This document shows positions 38,945 through 50,324 of a stretch of DNA of 64,000 nt, piece by piece. Under the pieces are notes generated by a model. That model did not search any database, was not told where the DNA came from, and saw only the letters and a program-made list of their open reading frames with translations. The stretch's first letter is position 1; each line of letters opens with the position of its first letter. This stretch comes from an uncultured Saprospiraceae bacterium (GTDB taxonomy: Bacteria; Bacteroidota; Bacteroidia; Chitinophagales; Saprospiraceae): assembly GCA_964569025.1 (NCBI GenBank), contig CAZMSQ010000007.1:32940-96939 (forward strand), read 5' to 3'. The translations under genes and the position numbers were made by a program.

Positions 38945-39680
38945 CTGTATGCGCGGGCACATAAAGGCGCATAGCCCCCGGTGACCAGTGTGCCTTCTCC
39001 AGATGACCCATTCCCTCCCGGTTCTTTGTTAATACATGAACGTGGATGTAGGTGTCATGGTGGGTGAAGATGCCCTGATGCTTTCTTGAAAAAAAGCCAA
39101 GTAAATCAACCTCATACCTGCCATTCACATACGTGACTTGCCCGGTATGGGCGTCCTCCGGAGATCGAATCACCGTGCCAGCAGGTAAATTCTGAATGTG
39201 AAAAGCGGCACTGTCAACAAACCCCTCCAGCCAAAAGACGAATGGATCCGAATATCCGTTGGCATATGCGTCAAGAAAATGTTCCAGCGAAGGTACATTG
39301 AGCACACTGTCAGGAATGGGTATTTGTTTCCATTCCCTGACTTCAGCATATACAAAGAAAGGAGCTGAGCGTTCGTGGGCATAATCTACCAGCATAAAGG
39401 AGTCATGACCAACAAAAGAATAATACGGCATACCATCAAACAACATCAATTCACCAGCCAGGCTCTCCAGCGGGCCAATTCCATACATCCCGGGTCTAGC
39501 CAGACTGTCCATTTTTATGATGCCCTCAATTTCCCCTTTCCACATCACATTTTTCATGGCACCGGCAACCCTGACCACGCCGTCGACTTTATTCTGAGCG
39601 CAGGCAGGCAAAACAAAACCTGTGGTGTAAAGGAGAATGAAAAGGCTGAAAATTCGGATGAATGATGGCGTGAATTTCAT
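38937..39680 (-). CDS. Alpha-acetolactate decarboxylase family protein, secreted
   Basis: Signal peptide. C-terminal region FFSRKHQGIFTHHDTYIHVHVL with the ALDC His cluster. Confidence 0.75.
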   Translation of the reverse strand: MKFTPSFIRIFSLFILLYTTGFVLPACAQNKVDGVVRVAGAMKNVMWKGEIEGIIKMDSLARPGMYGIGPLESLAGELMLFDGMPYYSFVGHDSFMLVDYAHERSAPFFVYAEVREWKQIPIPDSVLNVPSLEHFLDAYANGYSDPFVFWLEGFVDSAAFHIQNLPAGTVIRSPEDAHTGQVTYVNGRYEVDLLGFFSRKHQGIFTHHDTYIHVHVLTKNREGMGHLEKAHWSPGAMRLYVPAHTVK

Positions 39681-40042
39681 AAGTGCTGGAGGTATCTATG
39701 GTTTGTGATGTAAGGATAGTCAAATGTAAATAATTCATGGAACCATGTACGCAGGTTTGTGTGTTTTCCACGCTGAATAATACAAGCCTCGGTACATTTA
39801 ATCGTGAAGGTTCAGTTCCTACTAAAATGGAACATAGGAGGGGTTCCTGCCCGGAATCCCGCTCTGGCCATCTGTCAGATTGACGCTGATTTGGTTGATT
39901 CGGGACATAATTCCTAATGATTTCGTACAATTGTGTAGAAAAAAAACGTTTCATGTGTAGGCATTAGTCAATGCTTAGCCTTGTTTGAGATTGATTTTAT
40001 CTGCCATGAACTACCCTGCCAAAGAACACAAAAAAGCACACC

Positions 40043-40435
40043 ATGCATACATTTGCCATCATCGCATTTCTTCTCATTACTGCCCCTATGTTGGGACAGG
40101 ATACTGAGATTGCCGCTATCTCTGATGCGCTCAGTCAAGGAAATGCCAGCAGACTGTCGGCCTTTTTTGACCGCTCTGTCGACTTGATGATAGAGGGGGA
40201 GGGAGAGGTGCTTTCCAGAGATCAGGCGCGCATGCGCCTTGATCGGTTCTTTGCGAATCATGAAGTCACCTCGTTTGCGGTCGTCCACAAGGGGGCTGCT
40301 AAGGGCAACGCTTCAAATTATTGCATTGGGGATTTAAAAACCAGCAAGAAGACCTATCGCGTCTACCTTTACCTCAAGCCAACTCCGTCTTCTGAAGGAG
40401 CATTTCGGATAGTCGAACTGAGGTTTGACTCCTGA
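40043..40435 (+). CDS. DUF4783 domain protein, secreted
   Basis: Signal peptide and the pattern typical of Bacteroidetes DUF4783. Confidence 0.65.
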   Translation: MHTFAIIAFLLITAPMLGQDTEIAAISDALSQGNASRLSAFFDRSVDLMIEGEGEVLSRDQARMRLDRFFANHEVTSFAVVHKGAAKGNASNYCIGDLKTSKKTYRVYLYLKPTPSSEGAFRIVELRFDS

Positions 40436-41217
40436 TTTTCGAGGACGCCGCTGCCGAACAATGCAAAATCATAGCGGACCGGGTCTTCCTTATCGAGGAT
40501 TCGCACAGCTTCAGTCAATTCCAGAACTGCCTTCCAGTCAGAAGCCTTTCTGTTGAGCAACCCAAGTCGACGGGCTACGCGCCCCACGTGTACGTCCAGA
40601 GGCATCAGTAATTGGCGCGGGTGGATTTCTTTCCACACGCCGAGATCGACCCCGGATTTGTCATTTCTTACCATCCATCGCAGGAACATATTCAACCGCT
40701 TACACGAAGACCCTCGCTCTGGCGTGGCTACATGTTTTTTGGTACGCTCGGGTGCCCACGGAAGTGAAAAAAACGTTTTGTGAAACCGGATGAGTGCCGG
40801 GCCAACATCAACGCTTTGAAGGGTGCCCCCCCCAGTGAAGGCAGATTCAAGACTTTTATTGTTTTGGTAATGGTGTTGGAGAAAGGCCAGAAAATAGAGG
40901 GCGTCTGTCGGTTGAAAGGTGCGGTGTTTGAAATTGAGGAAGGCTTTCCGATCTTCTTCTGAATGCTCCATGACAAATCGATAAGGCTCTCCCTCCATGA
41001 GTTCAATAAATTCAGAGGCCTTGGAGATGATGGTCTGGCGTCTTCCCCAGGCGAGCATGGCCACTATGAAACCGGCAATTTCTACGTCTTGCTGTTTGGA
41101 AAACCGATGGGGAATGCAAATCGGATCATCAGTGATGAACGGGGGTCGGTTATAATGGTCGGCCATCGCATCCAGCCATTCTTTGAGTTGGGCCGCATCT
41201 TTGGGAAGAGAATCCAA
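40369..41217 (-). CDS. TIGR02757 family protein (DUF2400)
   Basis: Conserved …FITDDPICIPHRF… and …GFIVAMLAWGRR… blocks. The ORF track (TTG at 41331) would overlap radA by 65 nt, so start is proposed at in-frame TTG 41217 (MDSLPKDAAQLKEWL…). The 3' end overlaps the DUF4783 gene by 67 nt. Confidence 0.6.
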   Translation of the reverse strand: MDSLPKDAAQLKEWLDAMADHYNRPPFITDDPICIPHRFSKQQDVEIAGFIVAMLAWGRRQTIISKASEFIELMEGEPYRFVMEHSEEDRKAFLNFKHRTFQPTDALYFLAFLQHHYQNNKSLESAFTGGGTLQSVDVGPALIRFHKTFFSLPWAPERTKKHVATPERGSSCKRLNMFLRWMVRNDKSGVDLGVWKEIHPRQLLMPLDVHVGRVARRLGLLNRKASDWKAVLELTEAVRILDKEDPVRYDFALFGSGVLENQESNLSSTIRNAPSEDGVGLR

Positions 41218-41266
41218 TAGGGTGAATGTTGGGATTTGAAAAAGAAGGAGTGAGGAGAATGGTTGA

Positions 41267-42634
41267 TTAGTGCGAAAACAGCTGGTCGTAAAGATCGCTG
41301 ACACGGCCGGTTTCTGCAATCTCGATGTCAAATTGGGCTCTGTTCAGTCCTTTAGTATTGTATTTGGAAATATATATTCGCTTGAATCCGAGCCTTGCTG
41401 CTTCCTGTATACGCTGCTCAATTTTACTGACAGCCCTCACTTCCCCAGACAGTCCAACCTCGCCTGTGAAACAATAATCTGGAGGTAAACTGAGGTCTTC
41501 CAAAGAAGAAATAAGTGCGGCCACAACCCCGAGGTCCATTGCTGGATCAGAGACCTTCAGCCCACCGGCAAGATTCAGAAAGACATCCTGAGTGCCGAAC
41601 GGAAAGCCTCCACGCTTTTCCAGCACGGCGAGCAGCATGTTGAGCCTTCGCAGGTCAAATCCTGTAGCTGAGCGCTGCGGATTGCCGTACACGGCTTTTG
41701 TGACCAGTCCCTGGGTTTCGATGAGCATTGGCCGGAGCCCTTCCATGGTCACAGCGACGGCACTGCCGCTGAGGGATTCCTCATGCTGGGAGAGCAATAA
41801 CTCCGAGGGGTTGCTCACTTCGCGAAGCCCGTCAGTACGCATTTCATAAATGCCCATCTCATCTGTACTCCCAAAGCGGTTTTTGATGGTTCGCAAAATC
41901 CGATAGCTGTAGTGCCTGTCTCCTTCAAATTGCAGAACACAATCGACAATGTGCTCCAGCAATTTAGGCCCGGCAATCGCACCCTCCTTGTTGATATGGC
42001 CGATGAGAACGACTGGAATTCCCGTTTCTTTGGCAAATCGCTGAAGCTCAGCGGCGCATTCCCGCACCTGGGAGACACTTCCGGGAGGCGAGTCCAGATA
42101 CGGAGCTGAAAGGGTTTGAATTGAATCGACAACCAGGAGGTCGGGCCCCAGCTTTTTTGCCTGGCTCAGTATGGCGGGCATTTGTGTTTCTGTCAGCAAA
42201 TAACAGCCTGAGTCAGCCTGACTGATTCGGCTGGCCCTCATTTTGATCTGCTCTTCACTTTCCTCACCAGACACGTATAAAACCGTTCTTCCACTTTGCA
42301 GGGCTACTTGCAGCAGGAGGGTTGATTTTCCAATGCCTGGCTGGCCGCCAATCAGGATGATTGAGCCGCTGACCAGCCCTCCGCCAAGCACTCTGTTGAA
42401 CTCTGAATCAGGGAGAACCAACCGCACATTTCCCACCTCTTTGACATCCTGAATCCGAACAACCCGCGGACCAGAGTCCTCTCTCCAGCTCTGTCGTTCA
42501 GTACCAGCAGCCGGTTTGTGGAGCACTTCTTCGACATACGTATTCCATTCTCCGCAGGAGTGGCACTTTCCCTCCCATTTCGGAGATGTGACACCACAGT
42601 TTGAGCAGGCAAATACTTTTTTGACTTTCCCCAA
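41267..42634 (-). CDS. radA: DNA repair protein RadA/Sms
   Basis: N-terminal Zn-ribbon CSNCGVTSPKWEGKCHSCGEWNT. Walker A GGQPGIGKSTL. KNRFG motif. Lon-like C-domain. Confidence 0.92.
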   Translation of the reverse strand: MGKVKKVFACSNCGVTSPKWEGKCHSCGEWNTYVEEVLHKPAAGTERQSWREDSGPRVVRIQDVKEVGNVRLVLPDSEFNRVLGGGLVSGSIILIGGQPGIGKSTLLLQVALQSGRTVLYVSGEESEEQIKMRASRISQADSGCYLLTETQMPAILSQAKKLGPDLLVVDSIQTLSAPYLDSPPGSVSQVRECAAELQRFAKETGIPVVLIGHINKEGAIAGPKLLEHIVDCVLQFEGDRHYSYRILRTIKNRFGSTDEMGIYEMRTDGLREVSNPSELLLSQHEESLSGSAVAVTMEGLRPMLIETQGLVTKAVYGNPQRSATGFDLRRLNMLLAVLEKRGGFPFGTQDVFLNLAGGLKVSDPAMDLGVVAALISSLEDLSLPPDYCFTGEVGLSGEVRAVSKIEQRIQEAARLGFKRIYISKYNTKGLNRAQFDIEIAETGRVSDLYDQLFSH

Positions 42635-42743
42635 AGGATTCGTGTTTGATGGGCAACAAATATAAAGAAAATGTGTTAAAATTGAACTTGGAAAATACCT
42701 GATTACAGGAAATCTAAAAGACCGTCATATCTTCACAACGAAC

Positions 42744-43748
42744 TTGAGGCTCGCTATGGAATCACTTCAACCTGACAGAAACCTTGCGCTTGAGTTGGTG
42801 CGCGTCACAGAGGCTGCCGCTATTTCTGCCGCCCGGCTGATGGGGAGGGGCGATAAAAACGCCGGTGATGGTGCCGCAGTTGACGCCATGCGGAGTTTTT
42901 TGAAAACTGTCCAAATGGATGGACGGGTAGTAATCGGGGAGGGGGAGAAAGACGAGGCACCAATGTTGTATAACGGAGAGTGGGTCGGGAGTGGAAAAGG
43001 GCCCGCTGTGGATGTGGCCGTTGATCCGGTTGAAGGCACCAATCTGCTCGCATATGGACGCGACCATGCTATAGCCGTCATTGCCGTATCCGAACGCGGA
43101 ACGATGTGGGACCCGGCACCTTCTTTGTATATGAAGAAGTTGGTGGTTCCTCCGGCAGCACGTCACGTGATTGACATCCGGCAATCTGCAGGTGAAAATC
43201 TGGAGCAAATTGCCGGGGCGCTCCAGCGACCTGTAACCGATCTGACAGTGTTTGTTCTCGATAAGCCCAGGCATGCAGGTTTGATTGAGGAAATCAGGAA
43301 GACGGGAGCCCGGATTACCCTGCACACCGACGGGGATGTCATGGGTGCCTTGCTGGCGGCAATTCCGGGGACCGGGGTTGACGTCATGATGGGGACTGGC
43401 GGCACGCCGGAGGGGGTTATTACGGCCGCAGCAGTTAAAGCGCTGGGCGCAGGCATGCAGGGCATGCGCGATCCTCAACTTGAATCGGAAAAACAGGAAT
43501 TGGTCAGGCTCGGTGCAGATCTTTCAGCGGTAATAGGCCTGGATGATCTCATTCGGTCGGACAATACATTTTTCGCCGCAACGGGCATTACCGGAGGTTC
43601 GTTTCTCGAAGGGGTCCATTTTGACCGGTCCGGCGGGGTCACGACGCACAGTCTTGTGATTCGCTCGAAAACTGGTTCTTTGCGCTATATCAAAGGGGTC
43701 CATCAACTTGGGAAGAAAGGACTGGAATCACTTTCCGGACATCATTAA
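42744..43748 (+). CDS. glpX: Fructose-1,6-bisphosphatase class II
   Basis: Collinear with GlpX (…RVTEAAAISAARLMGRGDKNAGDGAAVDAMR…). Confidence 0.9.
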   Translation: MRLAMESLQPDRNLALELVRVTEAAAISAARLMGRGDKNAGDGAAVDAMRSFLKTVQMDGRVVIGEGEKDEAPMLYNGEWVGSGKGPAVDVAVDPVEGTNLLAYGRDHAIAVIAVSERGTMWDPAPSLYMKKLVVPPAARHVIDIRQSAGENLEQIAGALQRPVTDLTVFVLDKPRHAGLIEEIRKTGARITLHTDGDVMGALLAAIPGTGVDVMMGTGGTPEGVITAAAVKALGAGMQGMRDPQLESEKQELVRLGADLSAVIGLDDLIRSDNTFFAATGITGGSFLEGVHFDRSGGVTTHSLVIRSKTGSLRYIKGVHQLGKKGLESLSGHH

Positions 43749-43766
43749 TGCGGTAATTGCAGAACA

Positions 43767-44954
43767 ATGATATATCTGGATTACAATGCGACCACTCCCA
43801 CAGATCCGTTGGTTGTCGAGGCCATGTTGCCTTGGTTTTACGAGCATCCCGGAAACCCTTCAAGTCGGGCTCACCGTTTCGGGTGGGAAGCTCAAGAGGC
43901 CATCGATCAGGCACAGTACCAGATTGCAGGACTCATTGGTGCAGATCCCCGCGAAATTATCTTCACCTCCGGGGCGACTGAGTCAGATAACCTCGGCCTT
44001 CTGGGAGTCTTCAAAAAGTACAGGCACAAGGGGCAGCATTTCATCACCCTCGGCACGGAGCATCAGGCCGTACGAGACGCCTGTAGCGAAATTGAACGCC
44101 GGGGAGGTCAGGTGACCGTTCTTCCTGTCGGGCAGGACGGATTGGTGAATCCGGAAACCATCGACCGGGCTATTCGAGATGACACGGTGCTGGTCAGTGT
44201 CATGTGGGCAAATAATGAAACTGGGGTCATTCAGCCAATGGCAGAAATCGGGGAAGTATGCAAAAGGCGAGGTGTTCTGTTTTTATCCGATGGTGCCCAG
44301 GCAGTTGGGAAAATACCAGTGAATGTGAAAGATGCCGGTGTTCACCTAATGGCGCTTTCTGCACATAAAATGTATGGCCCGAAAGGAGTTGGTGCGCTGT
44401 ATGTGAGCAGTCGGAGCCCCCGGGTTGGAATTGCGCCCCAAATGTTTGGCGGCGGTCAGCAAGGCGGGATAAGGCCTGGTACGCTGAATGTGCCGGGCAT
44501 TGTCGGATTCGGCAAAGCTGCAGAAATTGCTTTGGACTCCATGCATCAGGAAATGGAACGACTTTCGGGGTTTCGTGATGCCCTCGAACAGGCGCTGACT
44601 GTTTCGCTTCCCGCTGTATTTGTGAATGGCTCTCGTTCCAATCGGCTCCCCCATGTTTCAAACCTCTCTTTCACCGGCCTCGAAGGTGATGCCATTCTCA
44701 TGGCTTGTGCCCGTGAGCTCGCGCTCTCTACCGGCTCCGCCTGTTCCTCTGCCACTCCAGATCCTTCCCACGTACTCACTGCCATGGGACTTGGCCGGCA
44801 CCGCTCAAAAGCGGCACTTCGATTCAGCGCTGGGCGGTTTACAACCGAAACTGAAATAAGCCGGTCCATTGAGCTGATCACAACCACCGTTAAAAGTCTG
44901 CGAGCCACCAGTCCCCTCTGGGACCTCTATCAGGATGGTGTCGAATTACCCTGA
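43767..44954 (+). CDS. iscS: Cysteine desulfurase (IscS/NifS family)
   Basis: PLP-dependent class V aminotransferase. Starts with IYLDYNATTP and has the active-site SxHK (SAHKMYGPKG). Confidence 0.9.
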   Translation: MIYLDYNATTPTDPLVVEAMLPWFYEHPGNPSSRAHRFGWEAQEAIDQAQYQIAGLIGADPREIIFTSGATESDNLGLLGVFKKYRHKGQHFITLGTEHQAVRDACSEIERRGGQVTVLPVGQDGLVNPETIDRAIRDDTVLVSVMWANNETGVIQPMAEIGEVCKRRGVLFLSDGAQAVGKIPVNVKDAGVHLMALSAHKMYGPKGVGALYVSSRSPRVGIAPQMFGGGQQGGIRPGTLNVPGIVGFGKAAEIALDSMHQEMERLSGFRDALEQALTVSLPAVFVNGSRSNRLPHVSNLSFTGLEGDAILMACARELALSTGSACSSATPDPSHVLTAMGLGRHRSKAALRFSAGRFTTETEISRSIELITTTVKSLRATSPLWDLYQDGVELP

Positions 44955-45065
44955 AAGATCTTGAGGGAAACCTTTTTTCCCATTATATTTGTTTGAGTCA
45001 TGATTGGAGAATGATCTGAATTTTTCTGCCAGTCGCTCCACCTGAACCTTCAAACTTTTCGTGCA

Positions 45066-45392
45066 ATGATCAGTGTCGCAGAAAGTGCAAAAACGAGAAT
45101 TGAGCGCATACGTGAAGACCAGAATATGTCAGAAGAGCATTTTCTGAGGGTCTCTGTCGTGAGCGGAGGGTGCTCAGGCTTATCCTACAAAATAGAATTC
45201 GATGACCAGCCGAAGCCAGACGATCAAATTTTTGAAGATAAGGGGATAAAAATTGTGACTGATTTGAGATCCTTTCTTTATCTCTGTAACTCAACGCTCG
45301 AGTTTTCCGGAGGCCTAAACGGGCAAGGGTTTTACTTTCATAATCCAAATGCAAGTCGAACTTGCAGTTGTGGAGAGAGTTTTGCTGTCTGA
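45066..45392 (+). CDS. Fe-S cluster insertion A-type carrier (IscA/ErpA/HesB family)
   Basis: Motif GGCSGLSY and C-terminal CSCGESF. Confidence 0.85.
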   Translation: MISVAESAKTRIERIREDQNMSEEHFLRVSVVSGGCSGLSYKIEFDDQPKPDDQIFEDKGIKIVTDLRSFLYLCNSTLEFSGGLNGQGFYFHNPNASRTCSCGESFAV

Positions 45393-45486
45393 TTCTTTTT
45401 CGGACGAATTATTTTGAATATCAAGAGGTGGTGTTCCGAGAATCCCTGAGCATTATTGTATCTTTGCGCGCAAACTCCGCCCACCC

Positions 45487-48303
45487 ATGCCCAAGGATAA
45501 TTCCATTAAGTCCGTACTGATTATCGGAAGCGGCCCTATTGTTATTGGACAGGCCTGCGAATTTGATTACTCCGGATCCCAAGCTTCACGATCGCTGCGC
45601 GAGGAAGGAATTGAGGTCACCCTCATTAATTCCAATCCAGCCACCATCATGACTGACCCTCTTACTGCAGACCATATCTATCTGCTGCCGCTTACGGTAG
45701 AGAGTCTGGAGCACATTCTCAACGAACAACAAATTGATGCTGTCCTGCCGACTATGGGAGGACAAACAGCATTGAATCTTGCCATTGAAGCCGGTGAGCA
45801 GGGACTGTGGGAACGATACAATGTACGGCTGATTGGCGTTGATCTCGAGGCCATTGAACTGGCTGAAAACAGGGAGGCATTCAGAAAGCATATGATTGAT
45901 ATCGGGCTGGCCGTTGCACCGTCCTTCATTGCCAACTCGTTTCTCGAAGGCATGGAGGCGGCACAGAAAATTGGCTTCCCGCTGGTTATCAGACCTTCCT
46001 ACACGCTTGGCGGTACGGGAGGAAGCTTTGTGCATGAAGCTGACCAGTTTGAGGCCGCTTTGAGGAGAGGCCTCCAGATGTCACCAACTCATGAGGTGCT
46101 GGTTGAAAAAGCCGTTCTGGGTTGGAAAGAATTTGAATTGGAGTTGCTCCGCGATGCTGCGGATAATGTGGTCATCATTTGTACGGTCGAGAATCTCGAC
46201 CCGATGGGAATTCATACAGGAGACAGCATTACCATCGCACCGGCCATGACCCTCAGTGATCGCACCTATCAGGAAATGCGTGATCAGGCCATAAAGGCAA
46301 TGCGCTCCCTTGGGAATTTCGCGGGTGGCTGCAATATCCAGTTTTCCGTCAACCCGGAAACAGAAGAGCTCATTGTCATTGAAATCAATCCACGCGTCTC
46401 CCGATCATCAGCTCTGGCCAGTAAGGCCACCGGATACCCTATCGCGAAGATTGCTGCAAAGCTGGCCATCGGCTACCGGCTGGATGAGCTCAACAACCAG
46501 ATTACCGGTAATACATCTGCTTATTTTGAGCCTACCCTGGACTATGTCATCGTCAAAATGCCAAGGTGGAATTTCTCAAAGTTCCCGGGAGCAGACCACA
46601 CGCTCGGCCTGCAGATGAAGTCTGTCGGAGAGGTGATGGCCATCGGGCGCACTTTCCAGGAGGCGCTGCAGAAAGCCTGCCAGAGTCAGGAAAATAACCG
46701 GATGGGACTCGGGGCAGACCGGAAAGAGTGGATTCGGACCTCTGATATTCTCGAGCGTCTTCAAACTGCCAGCGATGATCGGATTTATCGCGTCAAGGAT
46801 GCCCTCAGATTGGGTGTGCCGGAAAAGACGGTCTTCAAACTTACGCACATAGACCCCTGGTTTCTCGACCAGATCAAGTCGTTGGTAAAAATGGAGGACC
46901 GTTTGTCGAGATACAATGTGCCGGAAGACATCCCGGAAGCGTTTCTGCGAGAGTTGAAAATGGCTGGATATTCCGATGGGCAGATTGCCTGGATTATGCG
47001 TGTACGGGAGGAGGAGGTGAGCCGCTACCGCAAAAGACTTGGTATCAGAAGGGTATTCAAAACCGTTGACTCCTGCGCTGCTGAATTTGATGCCCGTACC
47101 CCCTATTTCTATTCCACCTTCGAAACTGAAAACGAAAGCATCCCATCAGATAAGAAAAAAGTTGTGGTTCTCGGCTCCGGGCCCAACCGCATCGGGCAGG
47201 GAATTGAGTTCGATTACTGCTGCGTGCATGGCCTCCATGCAATTAAAGAGGCAGGGTATGAGGCAATCATGATCAACTGCAACCCCGAAACGGTATCGAC
47301 TGATTTCGACATTGCCGACAAACTCTACTTTGAGCCTGTTTTCTGGGAACATATCGAGGAGATCCTCGATTTGGAAAAGCCGGATGGCGTGGTTGTTCAG
47401 CTCGGAGGTCAGACAGCCCTCAAACTGGCGAAGGAGTTTTACAACAGAGGAATTCACATCTTCGGTACGACCTATGAATTTATGGACCTTGCTGAAGACA
47501 GGGGCAGGTTTTCGGATTTGTTGAAGGATCTGGATATTCCCTACCCACGGTACGGCGTAGCTGATGATGCCGACCAGGCCCTGTCTATCGCCAACAAGGT
47601 GACCTATCCGGTACTTGTTCGGCCTTCGTATGTGCTTGGCGGGCAGAGCATGCGTATTGTTATCAATGACCAGGAGCTTGAGCGGCATGTGCTGAGTATT
47701 TTCAAACACCTCCCGGACAACCGCGTACTGATTGACCAGTTTCTCGACAGAGCCAAAGAGGCTGAGATTGATGCAATTTGTGATGGGGAGGATGTCCACA
47801 TCATGGGAATCATGGAGCACATCGAACCCGCAGGGATTCATTCAGGCGACAGCTCAGCCGTGCTTCCTACCTATAGCCTTTCCGAGCAAGTACTGGAGAC
47901 CATGCAACACTACACCCGCAAGCTGTGCCTCGCCCTGAAGGTCAGAGGCTTGATTAATATTCAGTTTGCGATTAAGGACGAAAAAGTTTTCGTTATCGAG
48001 GCCAACCCAAGGGCTTCGCGCACTACTCCATTTATCGCCAAAGCATATGGGGTGCCCTATCTCAATATTGCGACCAAGGTCATGTTGGGGACTCACAAGC
48101 TCAAGGATTTCGACATTCGAAAGCACCTCGACGGCTACGCTATCAAAGTGCCGGTCTTCTCTTTTGAGAAATTTCCGAACGTGGATAAAAACCTTGGTCC
48201 TGAGATGAAATCGACCGGCGAGGCCATCCGCTTTATCAAAGATTTGAAAGACCCGTTTTTCCGCGATCTGGATCTCAATCGTTCAATGTATCTGACGCGG
48301 TAG
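45487..48303 (+). CDS. carB: Carbamoyl-phosphate synthase large subunit
   Basis: Two ATP-grasp halves, an oligomerisation domain and an MGS-like domain. Full-length collinearity. Confidence 0.95.
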   Translation: MPKDNSIKSVLIIGSGPIVIGQACEFDYSGSQASRSLREEGIEVTLINSNPATIMTDPLTADHIYLLPLTVESLEHILNEQQIDAVLPTMGGQTALNLAIEAGEQGLWERYNVRLIGVDLEAIELAENREAFRKHMIDIGLAVAPSFIANSFLEGMEAAQKIGFPLVIRPSYTLGGTGGSFVHEADQFEAALRRGLQMSPTHEVLVEKAVLGWKEFELELLRDAADNVVIICTVENLDPMGIHTGDSITIAPAMTLSDRTYQEMRDQAIKAMRSLGNFAGGCNIQFSVNPETEELIVIEINPRVSRSSALASKATGYPIAKIAAKLAIGYRLDELNNQITGNTSAYFEPTLDYVIVKMPRWNFSKFPGADHTLGLQMKSVGEVMAIGRTFQEALQKACQSQENNRMGLGADRKEWIRTSDILERLQTASDDRIYRVKDALRLGVPEKTVFKLTHIDPWFLDQIKSLVKMEDRLSRYNVPEDIPEAFLRELKMAGYSDGQIAWIMRVREEEVSRYRKRLGIRRVFKTVDSCAAEFDARTPYFYSTFETENESIPSDKKKVVVLGSGPNRIGQGIEFDYCCVHGLHAIKEAGYEAIMINCNPETVSTDFDIADKLYFEPVFWEHIEEILDLEKPDGVVVQLGGQTALKLAKEFYNRGIHIFGTTYEFMDLAEDRGRFSDLLKDLDIPYPRYGVADDADQALSIANKVTYPVLVRPSYVLGGQSMRIVINDQELERHVLSIFKHLPDNRVLIDQFLDRAKEAEIDAICDGEDVHIMGIMEHIEPAGIHSGDSSAVLPTYSLSEQVLETMQHYTRKLCLALKVRGLINIQFAIKDEKVFVIEANPRASRTTPFIAKAYGVPYLNIATKVMLGTHKLKDFDIRKHLDGYAIKVPVFSFEKFPNVDKNLGPEMKSTGEAIRFIKDLKDPFFRDLDLNRSMYLTR

Positions 48304-48697
48304 TTGAACTTTGAGCATTTACAGAAAACCAGACAGCCTCCTGCTGGAGGCCCTCGTGGTAATTCAGTGTGATTTCCTCTCCTTCCTGAATATCCCGGAT
48401 GGATGTGATGAGCATGGTTTCATCCTGATAGTCAAATGAAAAGGTAGCATTTGGATGTGGAGAATGGTTATATAGGGACCCATATCCAAGTGCAATGGCC
48501 GGCTGGTCTTGGCCCTCACCCCAGAGAAAATAATAATCATGCAACTCTGAATGGTGTATCCGTTCGAGCTGGGAGGTAGACAGTACAAGCATCGGACAGA
48601 TTTCGATGACCGAGCCCGCGCCGATGGCTCCCGCCGTCATGACTCCCCGCCGATGCAGGGAGCTGGGTCCGAAATAAATCAGCGGGTGCCTTTGCAT
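48275..48697 (-). CDS. SET-domain protein (putative protein-lysine methyltransferase)
   Basis: SET motifs …[16 protein letters not shown]… and …EEITLNY. Start placed at ATG 48697. Confidence 0.65.
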   Translation of the reverse strand: MQRHPLIYFGPSSLHRRGVMTAGAIGAGSVIEICPMLVLSTSQLERIHHSELHDYYFLWGEGQDQPAIALGYGSLYNHSPHPNATFSFDYQDETMLITSIRDIQEGEEITLNYHEGLQQEAVWFSVNAQSSTTASDTLND

Positions 48698-48716
48698 GAT
48701 TTTTAGGTGATTGGCG

Positions 48717-50183
48717 TCAATACGCTTTGGCAAATAACACCCTTTGGGAAGACGGCTTGCCGGTGAGGATGCAAGCGCCTTGCTCCTCCGGCGCGTCCAT
48801 CGGGATGCACCGTATGGTGGCTTTCGTCAGTTCTTTTATTTTGAGTTCAGTTTCAGTGGTCCCGTCCCAATGCGCTGATAAAAAGCCGCCTTTGCTGTCG
48901 AGCAGCAATTTGAAGGTCTCAAAGTCATCGACTGGTGTGATGTGTTCGTCGCGGTAGGTTCGTGCTTTTTGATACAGATTTTGCTGGATGTCTTCCAGCA
49001 GGTCTGCCACGAAACGCTCGATTCCTTCGATGCCTTGGGATGATTTCTCTCCGGTGTCTCGCCTGGCTACCTCCACTTGCTGTTTCTCAAGGTCGCGCTT
49101 GCCAATTCCCAATCTGACAGGAACTCCTTTCATTTCGTGTTCGGCAAACTTAAAACCGGGGCGTTTTCTGTCATCACGGTCATACTGAACCGAGATTCCT
49201 TTGCTGCGCAGCGCTGTCATGATGCGCTGAGCTGCCTCATCAATTTCCGGCCCTGGCTTGGGGATGGGCACGATCACCACTTGGATGGGTGCGATGCGAG
49301 GTGGCACGATGAGGCCGTTATCATCGGAGTGAGTCATAATCAGGGCTCCCATCAGGCGGGTCGACACGCCCCATGAAGTGGCCCAGACATATTCCTGAGT
49401 TTGCTTTTCGTTCAGGAAGGTTACGTCAAATGCCTTTGCAAAATTCTGACCCAGAAAATGTGATGTCCCTGCTTGCAAGGCCTTGCCGTCTTGCATCAAA
49501 GCCTCGATACAATATGTGTCTTCAGCTCCAGCAAACCGCTCATTGACAGTTTTCAGCCCTTTGATGACTGGCATGGCCATGTATTCTTCAGCAAATTGGG
49601 CATATATATCAAGGATTTTCAGCGTTTCTTCAACTGCCTCTTGTTTGGTGGCGTGAGCTGTATGGCCCTCCTGCCAGAGAAATTCGGCAGTGCGCAGAAA
49701 CAGGCGTGTCCGCATTTCCCACCGTACCACATTGGCCCACTGGTTGATGAGCAGTGGCAAATCCCGATAGGAACTGATCCAATCCTTGTATGTGTGCCAG
49801 ATAATCGTCTCTGATGTGGGTCGTACAATCAATTCTTCCTCAAGTCGGGCTTCTGGATCTACAATCACCCCTGAGCCATTAGGGTCATTCATCAGTCTGT
49901 GGTGTGTCACCACAGCACATTCCTTGGCAAACCCCTCAACGTGCTCTGCTTCGCGGCTCAGAAAACTTTTGGGGATGAACAGCGGAAAGTATGCATTGAC
50001 ATGGCCTGTTTCCTTAAACATCCGGTCGAGCTGGTCACGCATGTGCTCCCAAATGCCAAAGCCGTTTGGCTTGATAACCATGCAACCACGAACGGCTGAA
50101 TGGTCGGCAAGGCCTGCCTTGCGGACAATATCATTGTACCATTGGGAGTAATCTTCAGCCCGGCTGGTGATTTCTTTGGACAT
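48717..50183 (-). CDS. proS: Proline--tRNA ligase (archaeal/eukaryotic type)
   Basis: Class II motifs. An N-terminus like [29 protein letters not shown] and a C-terminal Zn-binding-like domain. Confidence 0.9.
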   Translation of the reverse strand: MSKEITSRAEDYSQWYNDIVRKAGLADHSAVRGCMVIKPNGFGIWEHMRDQLDRMFKETGHVNAYFPLFIPKSFLSREAEHVEGFAKECAVVTHHRLMNDPNGSGVIVDPEARLEEELIVRPTSETIIWHTYKDWISSYRDLPLLINQWANVVRWEMRTRLFLRTAEFLWQEGHTAHATKQEAVEETLKILDIYAQFAEEYMAMPVIKGLKTVNERFAGAEDTYCIEALMQDGKALQAGTSHFLGQNFAKAFDVTFLNEKQTQEYVWATSWGVSTRLMGALIMTHSDDNGLIVPPRIAPIQVVIVPIPKPGPEIDEAAQRIMTALRSKGISVQYDRDDRKRPGFKFAEHEMKGVPVRLGIGKRDLEKQQVEVARRDTGEKSSQGIEGIERFVADLLEDIQQNLYQKARTYRDEHITPVDDFETFKLLLDSKGGFLSAHWDGTTETELKIKELTKATIRCIPMDAPEEQGACILTGKPSSQRVLFAKAY

Positions 50184-50324
50184 GAGCGCTTGAGTTTTGT
50201 ACTTTAGTGGAAGAAACGGGTTGACCTTAATACATCCTTAACAGAATCGAAGGCACAAAATTACGGAATTTCGTGTTTGAAAAGACGGATGCCATATTCA
50301 GGACTTGCCCATAATACTTACGAG

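Noticed and set aside
42762-43478. 238-aa minus-strand ORF antisense to glpX.
   Set aside because: GlpX homology on the plus strand is full-length. The antisense product is Pro/Arg/Cys-rich low-complexity sequence typical of spurious ORFs.
47146-47841. 231-aa minus-strand ORF antisense to carB.
   Set aside because: Embedded in the highly conserved carB. No independent support.
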